Assembly: GCA_902584365.1 (NCBI GenBank)
Contig: CACHZG010000004.1
Coordinates: 4,412-68,411, forward strand
Length of the DNA: 64,000 nt
Direction: 5' to 3'
Source: an uncultured Pelagibacteraceae bacterium
Lineage (GTDB): Bacteria; Pseudomonadota; Alphaproteobacteria; Pelagibacterales; Pelagibacteraceae
Below are positions 19,969 through 31,064 of this stretch, piece by piece. Below the pieces are notes generated by a model, which was not told where the DNA came from, did no database searches, and saw only the letters and a list, made by a program, of their open reading frames with translations. The first letter of the stretch is position 1, and every line of letters begins with the position of its first letter. The position numbers were made by a program, and so were the translations under genes.

Positions 19969-20937
19969 ATGAGTGAAATTGATAATATTTATAATAAAAT
20001 TTCAAAAGTAATACCTAATATAGAGTGGGACTTTCACGCCCCGTACATTGAAAAAATTAACAAATTGAAGAAAGAAAAAAATGCAGTCATTCTAGCTCAT
20101 AATTATCAAACACCAGAAATTTACCATGGGGTGGCAGATATAGCTGCGGACTCCTTAGCTTTGGCATTAGAAGCAGCTAAAACTAAAGCTGATATAATTA
20201 TACTTTGCGGGGTTCACTTTATGGCTGAGACTGCAAAATTAATGAACCCAAAAAAGAAGGTTTTAATTCCGGATATGGACGCAGGTTGTTCTTTGGCATC
20301 TTCAATAACTGGTGAAGATGTAAGAATGTTAAAAGAAAAATATCCTGGAGTGCCAGTTGTTTCTTACGTAAATACATCTGCAGAGGTTAAAGCTGAAAGT
20401 GATGTTTGCTGCACATCAGCAAATGCAGTTAAAGTCGTTGAATCCTTAGGAGTAGATAAAGTTATATTTCTTCCTGACCACTATCTCGCAAATTACGTCC
20501 AAAAAAATACAAAAGTAAAAATTATTTCATGGCAAGGAACATGTATTGTACACGAAAAATTTACTGGAAATGAAATAAATGAAATTAGAAAACAAAACCC
20601 GGGTATCAAAATAATTGCTCATCCTGAATGCCCCCCTGATGTTATTAACGCCTCAGACTTCGCAGGATCAACATCTAGTATGGTAAATTATGTAAAAGAG
20701 AAACAACCAAAAAAAGTTTTATTAGTTACTGAATGTTCTATGAGTGACAATATACAAATTGAAAATCCTAAAGTAGATTTTGTTAAACCATGTAATTTAT
20801 GCCCCTTCATGAAAAAAATTACATTAAAAAAAATTTACGATTGTCTAGAAAAAGAAATAAATGAAATTAAAATTGGGAATAATATTGCCACAAGGGCGAG
20901 AAAATCAGTGACTAGAATGGCTAATATTGGTCGTTAG
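19969..20937 (+). CDS. nadA: Quinolinate synthase
   Basis: [34 protein letters not shown]. Confidence 0.96.
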   Translation: MSEIDNIYNKISKVIPNIEWDFHAPYIEKINKLKKEKNAVILAHNYQTPEIYHGVADIAADSLALALEAAKTKADIIILCGVHFMAETAKLMNPKKKVLIPDMDAGCSLASSITGEDVRMLKEKYPGVPVVSYVNTSAEVKAESDVCCTSANAVKVVESLGVDKVIFLPDHYLANYVQKNTKVKIISWQGTCIVHEKFTGNEINEIRKQNPGIKIIAHPECPPDVINASDFAGSTSSMVNYVKEKQPKKVLLVTECSMSDNIQIENPKVDFVKPCNLCPFMKKITLKKIYDCLEKEINEIKIGNNIATRARKSVTRMANIGR

Positions 20938-20941
20938 ATAA

Positions 20942-21772
20942 GTGCTAAAGTTAAATCCATCTTATATAAAAAATATTGTAAAAAAGGCTTTAGAGGAGGA
21001 TTTAAAGCCTAGAGGTGACATAACTACAAATCTTATAAAAAAAAAGGACAGAGTAGTAAGGGCTTTAATTATTGCAAAACAAGATGGAGTAATCGCAGGA
21101 TTAGATTTTTGTAAAACAGCCTTTCAGCTTATCGGAAGAGAATTAAAATTTAAAAAGAAAGTCTTTGATGGAGAAAAAGTAAAAAAAAATAGAGTCATTG
21201 TTGAAATTAAAGCGAAGATAAAAACTATTTTAATTGCTGAAAGAACTGCATTAAACTTTCTTAATCACGCTTCCGGGATTGCTACAATAACTAACCAATT
21301 TGTAAAAAAAATTAGTAAAAAAACTAAAATCTGCTGCACCAGAAAAACAACGCCGAATTTAAGAGCACTTGAAAAATATGCTGTAAAAATGGGTGGTGGT
21401 CATAACCATAGATATAACTTAAGTGATGAAATTCTAATAAAAGAAAATCATATAACTGCGTATAGCAATCTCAGAAATTTAATTGAAAAAGCTATTAAAA
21501 CAAAAAAAATCGTTACTGTTGAGGTAGAAAATATCAATCAACTTAAGCAAATTTTAGGATTAAAATTTAACAGAGTACTTTTTGATAATATGAGCACAAA
21601 ACAATTAAGAAAGTGTTTAAAGCTATGTAAAAACAAATATCAAACTGAGTATTCAGGCAATACTACACTCAAAAATGTTAAAGTAATATCAACAACTGGG
21701 ATTGATAGAATTTCTGTTGGTGCCATAACTCATAGCGCTAAATCTTTTGACACAACTTTATTATTTCGATAG
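20942..21772 (+). CDS. nadC: Nicotinate-nucleotide diphosphorylase (quinolinate phosphoribosyltransferase)
   Basis: GDITT, ERTALN, TRKTTP, NHRYNLSD, IKENH, VEVE, GAITHS. Confidence 0.95.
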   Translation: MLKLNPSYIKNIVKKALEEDLKPRGDITTNLIKKKDRVVRALIIAKQDGVIAGLDFCKTAFQLIGRELKFKKKVFDGEKVKKNRVIVEIKAKIKTILIAERTALNFLNHASGIATITNQFVKKISKKTKICCTRKTTPNLRALEKYAVKMGGGHNHRYNLSDEILIKENHITAYSNLRNLIEKAIKTKKIVTVEVENINQLKQILGLKFNRVLFDNMSTKQLRKCLKLCKNKYQTEYSGNTTLKNVKVISTTGIDRISVGAITHSAKSFDTTLLFR

Positions 21773-24421
21773 TTCCGCTTGAGCTGCCGCTAATCTAGCA
21801 ACTGGTACTCTAAATGGAGAACAAGAAACATAGTTTAGACCTCTTTTTGCACAAAATTTAATACTTTTTGGATCTCCGCCATGCTCTCCGCAAATTCCTA
21901 ACTTAATTTTTTTATTCGCCTTCCTTCCTCTTGAAGAAGCTATCTCTACAAGTTCACCCACACCATTTTGATCAATGCTCACAAAAGGGTCTACATCAAA
22001 GATTTTATTGTCAATGTAGTCATTTAAAAATTTACCTGAGTCATCTCTACTAATCCCAAAGGTAGTTTGTGTTAGATCGTTAGTTCCAAAACTAAAGAAA
22101 TCAGCATATTTTGATATTGATCTAGCCTGCAAAGCTGCACGAGGTAATTCAATCATAGTTCCAACCATGTATTCTAGTTTAATTTTGCTCTCTTTTTCAA
22201 TTTCTCTAGCAGTTTTATTTACTAAGTCTCTTAAAATTTTAAGTTCTAAATCAGTTGAGACTAGGGGAATCATGATTTCTACAAACGCAGATTTTATTTT
22301 ATCTTTTTTCAATTGGGTTATAGATTCGAATATTGCTTTACATTGCATTTCATAAATTTCTGGAAAAGAAATACCAAGCCTACATCCCCTGTGACCAAGC
22401 ATTGGGTTTTCCTCATGAAGCTCTGCTATTCTGTCATTAATTTCTTTAGAGGATAAATTTAGAGATCTTGCAACTTCCTCAATATCTTTTTCTACTTTAG
22501 GTAAAAACTCATGAAGTGGTGGATCAAGCAATCTGACAGTAACTGGTAAGCCCGACATTACTTTAAAGATTTTTTTAAAGTCTTCTTTTTGGTAGGGCAA
22601 AAGTTTTTCTAGTGCTCCATTTCTGTCTTCTTTAGACTTAGATAAAATCATTTGTCTAACAGATAAAATTCTTTTCTCATCAAAAAACATATGCTCTGTT
22701 CTGCACAATCCAATACCTTCTGCACCAAAATCTCTCGCCGTTTTACTATCGTTTTCTGTCTCTGCATTTGTTCTAATTTTTAGTTTTCTAAATTCGTCAG
22801 CCCATTTCATAATAATAGAGAAATACCCCGAGATCTCTGGTTTAACTGTTGGCACTAACCCTTTCATGACCTTTCCACTTCCTCCGTCTATTGTTATAAC
22901 TTCTCCCTCTTTGATAATTAACCCTCCTGCTTTGAATAATTTAGCTTCATAATCAATTGTAATTTCACTTGACCCGGAAACACAAGGTCTTCCCATTCCT
23001 CTAGCGACAACAGCTGCATGACTTGTCATCCCTCCTCTTGCAGTCAAAATACCTTTTGCTGCATGCATACCATGAATGTCTTCAGGCGAAGTTTCTAGTC
23101 TTACCAAAATAGTATCTTGCATCATTTCATTTAACTTTTCGGCTTCATCTGCACTAAAAACAACTTTTCCGCTTGCAGCTCCTGGCGATGCAGGAAGACC
23201 TGAAGCAATAATCTGTTTTTCAACATTTTCGTCTAAAGTTGGATGAAGTAAGGTATCTAAAGAATTTGGATCTATTCTAAGTATTGCTTCTTTTTTTGAA
23301 ATTAATTTTTCTTTGACCATATCGACTGCAATTTTTATAGCAGCTTTAGCCGTCCTTTTTCCTGATCTTGTTTGAAGCATCCAAAGTTTATTATTTTCTA
23401 CTGTAAACTCAATGTCTTGCATATCCTTATAATGTTTTTCCAGTTTTAAGAAAACTTGAGTGAGCTGCTTATAAACAACTGGCATAGCCTCCTCCATAGA
23501 AAGTTCTTTAGCTTTAGAGTCTCTTCTAGCTTTTTTTGTTATGTGTTGTGGAGTTCTAGTACCTGCTACAACATCTTCACCCTGAGCATTTATTAAAAAT
23601 TCACCGAAAAAAGCTTTTTCTCCTGTTGATGGGTTTCTTGTAAAAGCTACTCCTGTTGAACAATCATCTCCCATATTTCCAAATACCATTGCCTGAACAT
23701 TTACAGCAGTACCCCACTCTCCTGGAATTTGATTAAGCTTTCGGTAAACTTTTGCTCTTTGACTGTTCCAAGATAAAAATACGGCATTAATGGCTCCAAT
23801 AAGTTGCTCATTTACATTTTGGGGAAAGGCTTTGCCTGTTTTTGATATCACTAACTTTTTAAAATCCTCAATTAATCCGTCCCAGTCTTGTTCGCTTAAT
23901 TCAGTATCAAGTAAAACTCCTTTTGTTAATTTAAAATTGTCAATTAATTCCTCAAATAAATGGCCTTCAACGCCAAGGACCACACTACTGTACATCTGAA
24001 TAAATCTTCTATAACTATCTCTTGAAAATCTTGGATTATTTGTTTTTTTTGATAATGCATCGACTGTTTTATCATTTAGACCTAAATTTAAAATTGTGTC
24101 CATCATTCCAGGCATTGAAATTCTAGCTCCAGACCTCACGGATACCAGTAAAGGATTTTTTAAATCACCAAATTTTTTGTTTGTTTTCTTCTCAATGATT
24201 ATAAGCTCTTTTTTAATGTCTTTAATTATACTTTTAGGTAGTTTTTTTTTATTAGAATAAAAAAGATCACAAACTTCCGTGGAGATAGTGAAACCAGGTG
24301 GCACAGGCAAGCCTAATTTGCCCATTTCAGCAAGATTGGCCCCTTTTCCTCCAAGAATGTTTTTTTTATTTTTAAGATTTTTAATTTTACGGTCTTCAAA
24401 ATTGAATAAATATTTTTTCAC
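21761..24421 (-). CDS. ppdK: Pyruvate, phosphate dikinase
   Basis: GGKGANLAEM, SMPGMMDT, GGMTSHAAVVARG, GLCRTEHM, FSFGTNDLTQ. Confidence 0.98.
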   Translation of the reverse strand: MKKYLFNFEDRKIKNLKNKKNILGGKGANLAEMGKLGLPVPPGFTISTEVCDLFYSNKKKLPKSIIKDIKKELIIIEKKTNKKFGDLKNPLLVSVRSGARISMPGMMDTILNLGLNDKTVDALSKKTNNPRFSRDSYRRFIQMYSSVVLGVEGHLFEELIDNFKLTKGVLLDTELSEQDWDGLIEDFKKLVISKTGKAFPQNVNEQLIGAINAVFLSWNSQRAKVYRKLNQIPGEWGTAVNVQAMVFGNMGDDCSTGVAFTRNPSTGEKAFFGEFLINAQGEDVVAGTRTPQHITKKARRDSKAKELSMEEAMPVVYKQLTQVFLKLEKHYKDMQDIEFTVENNKLWMLQTRSGKRTAKAAIKIAVDMVKEKLISKKEAILRIDPNSLDTLLHPTLDENVEKQIIASGLPASPGAASGKVVFSADEAEKLNEMMQDTILVRLETSPEDIHGMHAAKGILTARGGMTSHAAVVARGMGRPCVSGSSEITIDYEAKLFKAGGLIIKEGEVITIDGGSGKVMKGLVPTVKPEISGYFSIIMKWADEFRKLKIRTNAETENDSKTARDFGAEGIGLCRTEHMFFDEKRILSVRQMILSKSKEDRNGALEKLLPYQKEDFKKIFKVMSGLPVTVRLLDPPLHEFLPKVEKDIEEVARSLNLSSKEINDRIAELHEENPMLGHRGCRLGISFPEIYEMQCKAIFESITQLKKDKIKSAFVEIMIPLVSTDLELKILRDLVNKTAREIEKESKIKLEYMVGTMIELPRAALQARSISKYADFFSFGTNDLTQTTFGISRDDSGKFLNDYIDNKIFDVDPFVSIDQNGVGELVEIASSRGRKANKKIKLGICGEHGGDPKSIKFCAKRGLNYVSCSPFRVPVARLAAAQAELSK

Positions 24422-26475
24422 GAAACTCCTTCCAATTTTGAAAAATTTATAAAATTATTAAACGTATTACAAAATAATTTAAGTAATTGTAACCTATTAT
24501 TTTTAATATCAATATTTTCATCATTCACTTTTACTTTATCAAAAAAACTATCTGTTAATAATCTTGTTTCAGATAAGCTTATTAATAGCTTTTCAAAATC
24601 TTTGTTGTTTTCTTTAATTGTTATATTCTTTCTAATTTCTTTAATTTTTTCAAATAAATTTTTTTCTTCATCTTGTCTGAATAAAACTGCATCTGGATTT
24701 CCATCAATATTGTCAGCCGACTTTCCAACAATATTAAATGCTCTTTTATATGAGCTAAGTACATTTTTTCCAATATCTTTATTAATATATTTATTCATAA
24801 TAATGTTTTTTTTATAAAGATCTAAAAAATTACTATTCGCATGAGAACTAATTGAAGCATCAATTATATCTCCTTTAATATTTTTTTCTTTAAGTATATT
24901 TTTTATTCGATCTCTTAAAAATTTTATAATTTCATTTTCGACATCAATGTTTTCAATGTTTACTTTTTGCTCTTGAAAAAGTTTTATATTGTAATTAATT
25001 AAATCGCTTAATTTAATGTTAATTTTATTCTCAATAATTGTTTTGAGTAATCCTATGGCCGATCTTCTAAGAGCCAAAGGATCTTTAGAGCTGGTTGGTT
25101 TTTGATTTATTAAAAAAAAACCAACTAAAGTGTCTAATTTGTCAACTAAAGATATAGAATAACTTATGGGTTTCTTTGCAACGATTGAGGCATTCCCTAT
25201 TGGAAGATAGTGATCACTTACTGCGTTTGCTACTTCCTCATCAAAACCTTGAGCTAAAGCAAAATATTTTCCCATTTTTCCTTGGAGCTCTGGGTATTCA
25301 TTAACTAAATCAGAGCAAAGGTCAGATTTAGAGATCGAAGCAGCAATTTCTACTTTTTCTTTATTTATATTTATTTCATCAGAAAGCCAGGAGCTCAGTT
25401 TTCTAAGCCTCTGGGTTTTGTCGTAAATTGATCCTAATTTTTCATAAAAAGTAATTTTCTTCAAATTTGCTAATTGTTTAATTAAATTTCGTGACTTATC
25501 TTTATTCCAGAAAAATTTAGCATCTGATAATCTTGCTTCCACTACTCTTTGGTTGCCGTCCTTAATGATATTATTGGTGTCTGGCTTGTTTGCAACAACG
25601 CAAAAATTGTTAGTTAATTTATTTTTGTTATCAAAAAGGGGAAAATACTTTTGATGGAGCTCTAAAGTTGAAATAATAATTTCAGGTGGAATTTCAAGAT
25701 ATTTTTTATCAAACTCAAGTAGTAAAACATTTGGGTCTTCTACTATATTTGTAACCTCTTCTATTAATCTATTGTTAAAAACATTATTATAATTTCCAGA
25801 TTTGCATATTTGCTCTAATTTTTTTATAATTTTTTGTTCTCTTTCCTTTTGATTAAAAAATACATTATTTTTTTTTAAAAAATTTTCATAGTCTTTAAAA
25901 TTCTTAACCTTTTTTGTTTTTACCAAAAGATCTTTTTCTATTATTGCATTTTCTGTCGATCTAAGGTGTCCAAAATTAAACGATAAATGATTGTTGTTAT
26001 ATATTGCTAGTATAGATCTTAAGGGCCTACCCCAAATCATAGAGTGATTTGACCATTTCATTGATTTTTTCCATTTAAAAGATGAGATTATATTTAATAT
26101 AATTTTGATCAGCAGATCTTTAGCAAATAACTCTTTTGGTAAAGTTTTAATAAAATAGAATTCTCCTTTATCAATTTTTTTTTTAAATAACGCTTTTTTT
26201 GATGCATTATTTGACCTAAGGAAATTATTTAAAATATCCTCAATCACTCCTACTTTGGGTCCTTTAATTACTTTCGAACTTATTTTGATTTTGTCAACAA
26301 CGCCAATTACATGAATGACTAGTCTTGTAGGCGATGAATATGAAAAAATTTTTTTAAATTTTATATTTTCGTCAATTAGTAAATTTCTTATTCTATCCTC
26401 AAATTCTTTTCTAACATTAATTTGTAAATTAGGAGGAATCTCTTCACTATAAAGCTCTACAAAAAATTCATTCAT
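24418..26475 (-). CDS. glyS: Glycine--tRNA ligase beta subunit
   Basis: ELYSEEIP, SPTRL, KSMKW, ARLSDAKFF, EYPELQG, SKDPLALRR. Confidence 0.95.
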   Translation of the reverse strand: MNEFFVELYSEEIPPNLQINVRKEFEDRIRNLLIDENIKFKKIFSYSSPTRLVIHVIGVVDKIKISSKVIKGPKVGVIEDILNNFLRSNNASKKALFKKKIDKGEFYFIKTLPKELFAKDLLIKIILNIISSFKWKKSMKWSNHSMIWGRPLRSILAIYNNNHLSFNFGHLRSTENAIIEKDLLVKTKKVKNFKDYENFLKKNNVFFNQKEREQKIIKKLEQICKSGNYNNVFNNRLIEEVTNIVEDPNVLLLEFDKKYLEIPPEIIISTLELHQKYFPLFDNKNKLTNNFCVVANKPDTNNIIKDGNQRVVEARLSDAKFFWNKDKSRNLIKQLANLKKITFYEKLGSIYDKTQRLRKLSSWLSDEININKEKVEIAASISKSDLCSDLVNEYPELQGKMGKYFALAQGFDEEVANAVSDHYLPIGNASIVAKKPISYSISLVDKLDTLVGFFLINQKPTSSKDPLALRRSAIGLLKTIIENKINIKLSDLINYNIKLFQEQKVNIENIDVENEIIKFLRDRIKNILKEKNIKGDIIDASISSHANSNFLDLYKKNIIMNKYINKDIGKNVLSSYKRAFNIVGKSADNIDGNPDAVLFRQDEEKNLFEKIKEIRKNITIKENNKDFEKLLISLSETRLLTDSFFDKVKVNDENIDIKNNRLQLLKLFCNTFNNFINFSKLEGVS

Positions 26476-26477
26476 AT

Positions 26478-27356
26478 TTATATTTGTGTTTTCAACCAGA
26501 CTTCTCCTGATCCTTTGGCTAATTCCCTAATTCTTCCAATAAAACCTGTTCTTTCAGCTACTCCTATTACACCTCTTGCGTCTAACAAATTAAAAAAATG
26601 ACTCGCTTTAAGACATTGATCATAAGCAGGTAGAGCTAAATTTTTTTCTAGCAAAGATTTACATTCGATCTCTGCTAATTCAAAATTTTTAAGTAATGTT
26701 TCGGTATTGGCAAACTCAAAATTATAGGCTGAAAATTCTTTTTCTGATCGAAAAAAAATATCTTTGTATTTCACTCCTTCCTCATTCCATTCAATATCAA
26801 AAACATTTTTTTTTCCTTGTACGAACATGCAAATTCTTTCCAAACCATATGTTAACTCAACCGGCACAGGTTTACATTCTAAACTTGCCATTTGTTGAAA
26901 ATAAGTAAATTGAGTTATTTCCATACCGTCACACCAAACTTCCCAACCTAATCCAGCTGCTCCTAAAGTGGGACTTTCCCAGTCATCCTCGATAAATCTA
27001 ATGTCATGTTTTTTAACATCGATACCAATTGCATTTAAACTTTTTAAATATAATTGTTTCACATTATCAGGAGATGGTTTTAAAATTACTTGATATTGAT
27101 AATAATGTTGTAAACGATTTGGATTTTCTCCATATCTTCCATCTGTAGGTCTTCGCGAAGGTTGAACGTATGCAGCTTTCCAAGGTTTTGGCCCCAGCGA
27201 TCTCAAGGTAGTTGCGGGGTGAAATGTTCCAGCTCCAACTTCTGTATCGTAAGGTTGAAGTATAACACATCCATGTTTGCTCCAAAATTTTTGAAGACCT
27301 AATGTTATTTCCTGAAAAGAAAGATAATTTTTTTTTTTATTTTTTTTTGTAGGCAT
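26478..27356 (-). CDS. glyQ: Glycine--tRNA ligase alpha subunit
   Basis: [36 protein letters not shown]. Confidence 0.98.
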   Translation of the reverse strand: MPTKKNKKKNYLSFQEITLGLQKFWSKHGCVILQPYDTEVGAGTFHPATTLRSLGPKPWKAAYVQPSRRPTDGRYGENPNRLQHYYQYQVILKPSPDNVKQLYLKSLNAIGIDVKKHDIRFIEDDWESPTLGAAGLGWEVWCDGMEITQFTYFQQMASLECKPVPVELTYGLERICMFVQGKKNVFDIEWNEEGVKYKDIFFRSEKEFSAYNFEFANTETLLKNFELAEIECKSLLEKNLALPAYDQCLKASHFFNLLDARGVIGVAERTGFIGRIRELAKGSGEVWLKTQI

Positions 27357-28169
27357 TTATAAACCAAATTTTTGCCACAAACTTCTCTCTTGTAAATTAT
27401 CAATTAAATTCTCAAGTTGATTGTCAATTGAACTAGAGAGTTTTTTTGCCAAAAAACTTTTTTGTTTTTCAAATTTTTTAATAATTACGTCATCTCCAAA
27501 CTTCTCTTTAATAATTTGATCTGCATTTCCAATACCATCAATTAACCCAAGCTTTAAAGCTGATGAGCCTGACCAAAATTCTCCAGTAAAAATATTATTT
27601 TTGTCTGGTTCAATTAATTTTTTTCCCCTACTAGCTTTTACGATATTGATAAAATCACCATGTAAATCTAATTGAATTTTTTTTAATCTTTTTACGTCTT
27701 CTTCCTTTTCATCGACAAATGGATCAAGAGTGCTTTTGTTTTTCCCAGCCGTATATATTCTTCTCTCAATACCAATTTTCTGGATCAGTTCCTTAAAACC
27801 GAATGATGCTGAAATCACACCAATTGAACCAATTATAGAACTTGAATTAGCATAAATTTCATCACCTGAACAAGCTATAAAATAACCTCCTGAAGCTGCG
27901 ACGTCTTCGGCAAAAACTAATACCTTTGTTTTATTTTTTTTTGATAGTTGTTTTATGTAACTATATATTAAATGTGATTGAACAGGGGACCCACCAGGAG
28001 AATTAATTGAAATAGCAACGGTCTTGGGTTTTTTGTATGAAAAAGCTCTTTTTAAAATTTCTCTTTGTCCTGCTAAATCTATCCCTTGTTTAAACCTACC
28101 CACAGATCCTATCACACCTGTTAATCTTACGTGTGGAATAACTGTTTTTTTTTTTAAAATTGAGAACAT
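27357..28169 (-). CDS. S49 family peptidase (SppA/SohB-like)
   Basis: INSPGGS, DVAASGGY, GSIGVI, TAGKNK. Confidence 0.9.
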   Translation of the reverse strand: MFSILKKKTVIPHVRLTGVIGSVGRFKQGIDLAGQREILKRAFSYKKPKTVAISINSPGGSPVQSHLIYSYIKQLSKKNKTKVLVFAEDVAASGGYFIACSGDEIYANSSSIIGSIGVISASFGFKELIQKIGIERRIYTAGKNKSTLDPFVDEKEEDVKRLKKIQLDLHGDFINIVKASRGKKLIEPDKNNIFTGEFWSGSSALKLGLIDGIGNADQIIKEKFGDDVIIKKFEKQKSFLAKKLSSSIDNQLENLIDNLQERSLWQKFGL

Positions 28170-28286
28170 TTGATTAGTTAACTTATATCAATAGATTGTA
28201 AAAATTCTAAATATTTATTTCGCTACTTAGAGTTGCATTATGGGTGCGTCAACAGGGATAGATTTTAAAAATTTTTTATAAACAAA

Positions 28287-29315
28287 ATGAATTATAAAGA
28301 TTTTATGGGATCAGTAGTACCAATTAAAAAAATTAATTCCTCATACCAAGATTTAAAAAACTTGGTCAAACCAAAGCTTTTGAAGGTTGAGGAATTTATT
28401 GAAAAAAAGCTGAAAAGTGATGTGGCTTTAATTAAAAAAATGACAGAGCATCATTTAAGCTCAGGGGGTAAAAGACTTAGAGCTATGTTAACATTAGGCT
28501 CAGCAAAACTCTCGGGGTATGAATTAGGTCAAAGAGATGTAAATTTAGCAGCTTGCGTAGAATTAATTCATTCTGCAACTCTTTTGCATGATGATGTTAT
28601 TGATGGGAGCAATCTTAGAAGGGGGATAGGAACCACTAATTCTATATGGGGAAATCAGTCTTCAATACTAGTGGGTGATTATTTATTAAGCAGATGTTTT
28701 GAAATAATGGTAGAGGATGGAGATTTAGAGATATTAAAACTTTTGTCTTCTACTTCAGCAAAAATAGCTCAAGGGGAAGTATTACAGCTTCAACACAAAG
28801 GTGAGGCAGATTTAACTGAAGAAACCTATTTAAAAATTATAAATTTAAAAACTGCTTCTTTATTTTCAGCTTCTACAAGAGTGGGAGCATGTTTGTCAGG
28901 ATCAAGTGAGAAAGAAAGAAATATTTTAGAATTTTATGGAAAAAATCTTGGTTTAGCCTTTCAAATTGCCGATGATGCTCTAGATTATAATTCAGAAGAG
29001 AAAATGTTCGGAAAAAAAATAGGTAAAGATTTTTATGAAGGTAAAACAACATTACCAATAATAATTCTTTTTCAAAGATCTAACTCAAATGAGAGACAGG
29101 AGTTATTAGAAATTTTTAAAAAAAATAAAAGAAATAAAGATGATTTTGACAAAACTTTAAAGTTAATCAATAAATACAGTGTTATTAAAGAAACTTTTAA
29201 AAGGGCAGAATATTTTGTGAACGTATCTAGAGATGCTATAAGTGTTTTCAATGATACTGATGAAAAAAGAATATTACAAAATTTAACAAACTTTAGTCTT
29301 AATAGAAAATTTTAA
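28287..29315 (+). CDS. ispB: Long-chain polyprenyl diphosphate synthase (alternative start 28305)
   Basis: GGKRLR, ATLLHDDVID, LVGDYL, FQIADD. Confidence 0.9.
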   Translation: MNYKDFMGSVVPIKKINSSYQDLKNLVKPKLLKVEEFIEKKLKSDVALIKKMTEHHLSSGGKRLRAMLTLGSAKLSGYELGQRDVNLAACVELIHSATLLHDDVIDGSNLRRGIGTTNSIWGNQSSILVGDYLLSRCFEIMVEDGDLEILKLLSSTSAKIAQGEVLQLQHKGEADLTEETYLKIINLKTASLFSASTRVGACLSGSSEKERNILEFYGKNLGLAFQIADDALDYNSEEKMFGKKIGKDFYEGKTTLPIIILFQRSNSNERQELLEIFKKNKRNKDDFDKTLKLINKYSVIKETFKRAEYFVNVSRDAISVFNDTDEKRILQNLTNFSLNRKF

Positions 29316-29944
29316 GGGTAAAGTAAGTTCTTATTCCATTTATTATCTAATTTTTTATAAATTAATCTCTCATGAATTCTACCCTCTCCATCTAACCAAA
29401 ATTCTATCTCTGTTGGTACCAGTCTCCAGCCTGACCAATATTCGGGTCTAGGAACAGCATCATTATTAGGATATTTTTTTTCATAATCTTTTATTTTGTT
29501 TAAAAATTCATCTCTACTTTTTAAAATTTTTGATTGGGTAGATGCCCAAGCACCGATTTTATTTTTGTAAGGTCTGGACTTAAAATAGCTATTAGCTTCA
29601 TTGTCAGAGACTTTCTCTAGTTTACCTAAAACTCTTACTTGTCTTCTTATGCTTTTCCAGTGGAAGCACATCGAGGCTTTTTTGTTATTATTTATTTCCT
29701 CCCCTTTCTTACTCGTTAAATTAGTATAAAAAACAAAACCCTCATCATTCAGTCCTTTTAGCAGTACCATTCGAACGTTTGGTTGATTATTCTCGTCAGA
29801 TGTGGCAAGAGCCAAGGCATTAGGATCGTTAATCTCATGGCTTTTAGCAACTTTGAACCAATTATTGAACAATTCTATCGGATTATCTAAATCCTCGAAG
29901 CATTTATCAATACCTAATGAATTTTTGCCATTTTTTTGATTCAT
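29312..29944 (-). CDS. pdxH: Pyridoxamine 5'-phosphate oxidase
   Basis: RMVLLK, FYTN, RQVRV, YFKSRP, WASTQS, EFW, RIHER. Confidence 0.96.
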   Translation of the reverse strand: MNQKNGKNSLGIDKCFEDLDNPIELFNNWFKVAKSHEINDPNALALATSDENNQPNVRMVLLKGLNDEGFVFYTNLTSKKGEEINNNKKASMCFHWKSIRRQVRVLGKLEKVSDNEANSYFKSRPYKNKIGAWASTQSKILKSRDEFLNKIKDYEKKYPNNDAVPRPEYWSGWRLVPTEIEFWLDGEGRIHERLIYKKLDNKWNKNLLYP

Positions 29945-29978
29945 ATATTCTTTAAAATAAATTATACATTAAAAAATT

Positions 29979-31064
29979 ATGTCTTTTAATACTTTTGGGA
30001 AAATATTTCGATTTACCACGTGGGGTGAGTCCCACGGTCCAGCGATTGGCTGTGTAATTGATGGGGTTCCGCCAAATATTAGTATAAATGAGAGGGAGAT
30101 ACAGTTAGATATGGACAGAAGAAGACCTGGTCAATCCAAATTTACTACCCAAAGAAAAGAGGCTGACAAAGTAATAATATTATCTGGAGTTTTTGAAGGT
30201 AAAACTACAGGGACACCTATATCAATTTTAATAAATAATGAGGATAAAAGATCTCGTGATTATGAGTCAATAAAAGAAAAGTTCAGGCCAGGTCATGCTG
30301 ACTATACCTATTTTAAAAAATACGGAATTAGAGATTACCGAGGAGGTGGAAGACAATCAGCTAGAGAAACTGCTAGTCGAGTAGCTGCAGGAGCGGTAGC
30401 AAAAATAATTCTTAAAGATTTACTAGGAAAAAAATTCAAAATAATAGGTGCAGTCACTCAACTTGGATTGATGTCTTGTGATTTGGGTAATTGGGATGAT
30501 AAAGAAATAAGAAAAAATCCTTTTTTCTGTCCTGACAAAAAATCTGTAAAGTTGTGGGAAAAATATTTGAATTCTGTCAGAAAATCAGGGTCTTCTTGTG
30601 GAGCTATAATTGAATTAAGAGCAAGCGGAATACCTGTTGGACTTGGAGCACCTATCTATTCAAAACTTGATACTGATATAGCTGCTGCAATGATGAGTAT
30701 TAATGCTGTTAAGGGTGTTAATATTGGTGCTGGTATGTCGGCTGCTTTTTTAAGTGGTGAGGAAAATTCTGATGAGATAAGAAAAACTTCTGGAAAAACA
30801 AAATTTAAAACAAATAATGCAGGCGGTATTTTAGGAGGTATATCCTCAGGTCAAGATATTAACGTATCATTTTCAGTAAAACCAACTTCATCAATTTTGA
30901 ATAAAAGAGAAACAATTGATAAAAAAGGTGCTAATACAACTATTTCGGTGAGGGGAAGACACGATCCTTGCGTTGGAATAAGAGCAGTTCCAATCGGTGA
31001 AGCCATGCTCTCATGTGTTTTATTGGATCATTTTTTGATGCACAGAGCTCAGTGCGGAAATTAG
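29979..31064 (+). CDS. aroC: Chorismate synthase
   Basis: GESHG, RPGHADY, SARETA, KPTSSI, GRHDPC. Confidence 0.97.
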   Translation: MSFNTFGKIFRFTTWGESHGPAIGCVIDGVPPNISINEREIQLDMDRRRPGQSKFTTQRKEADKVIILSGVFEGKTTGTPISILINNEDKRSRDYESIKEKFRPGHADYTYFKKYGIRDYRGGGRQSARETASRVAAGAVAKIILKDLLGKKFKIIGAVTQLGLMSCDLGNWDDKEIRKNPFFCPDKKSVKLWEKYLNSVRKSGSSCGAIIELRASGIPVGLGAPIYSKLDTDIAAAMMSINAVKGVNIGAGMSAAFLSGEENSDEIRKTSGKTKFKTNNAGGILGGISSGQDINVSFSVKPTSSILNKRETIDKKGANTTISVRGRHDPCVGIRAVPIGEAMLSCVLLDHFLMHRAQCGN

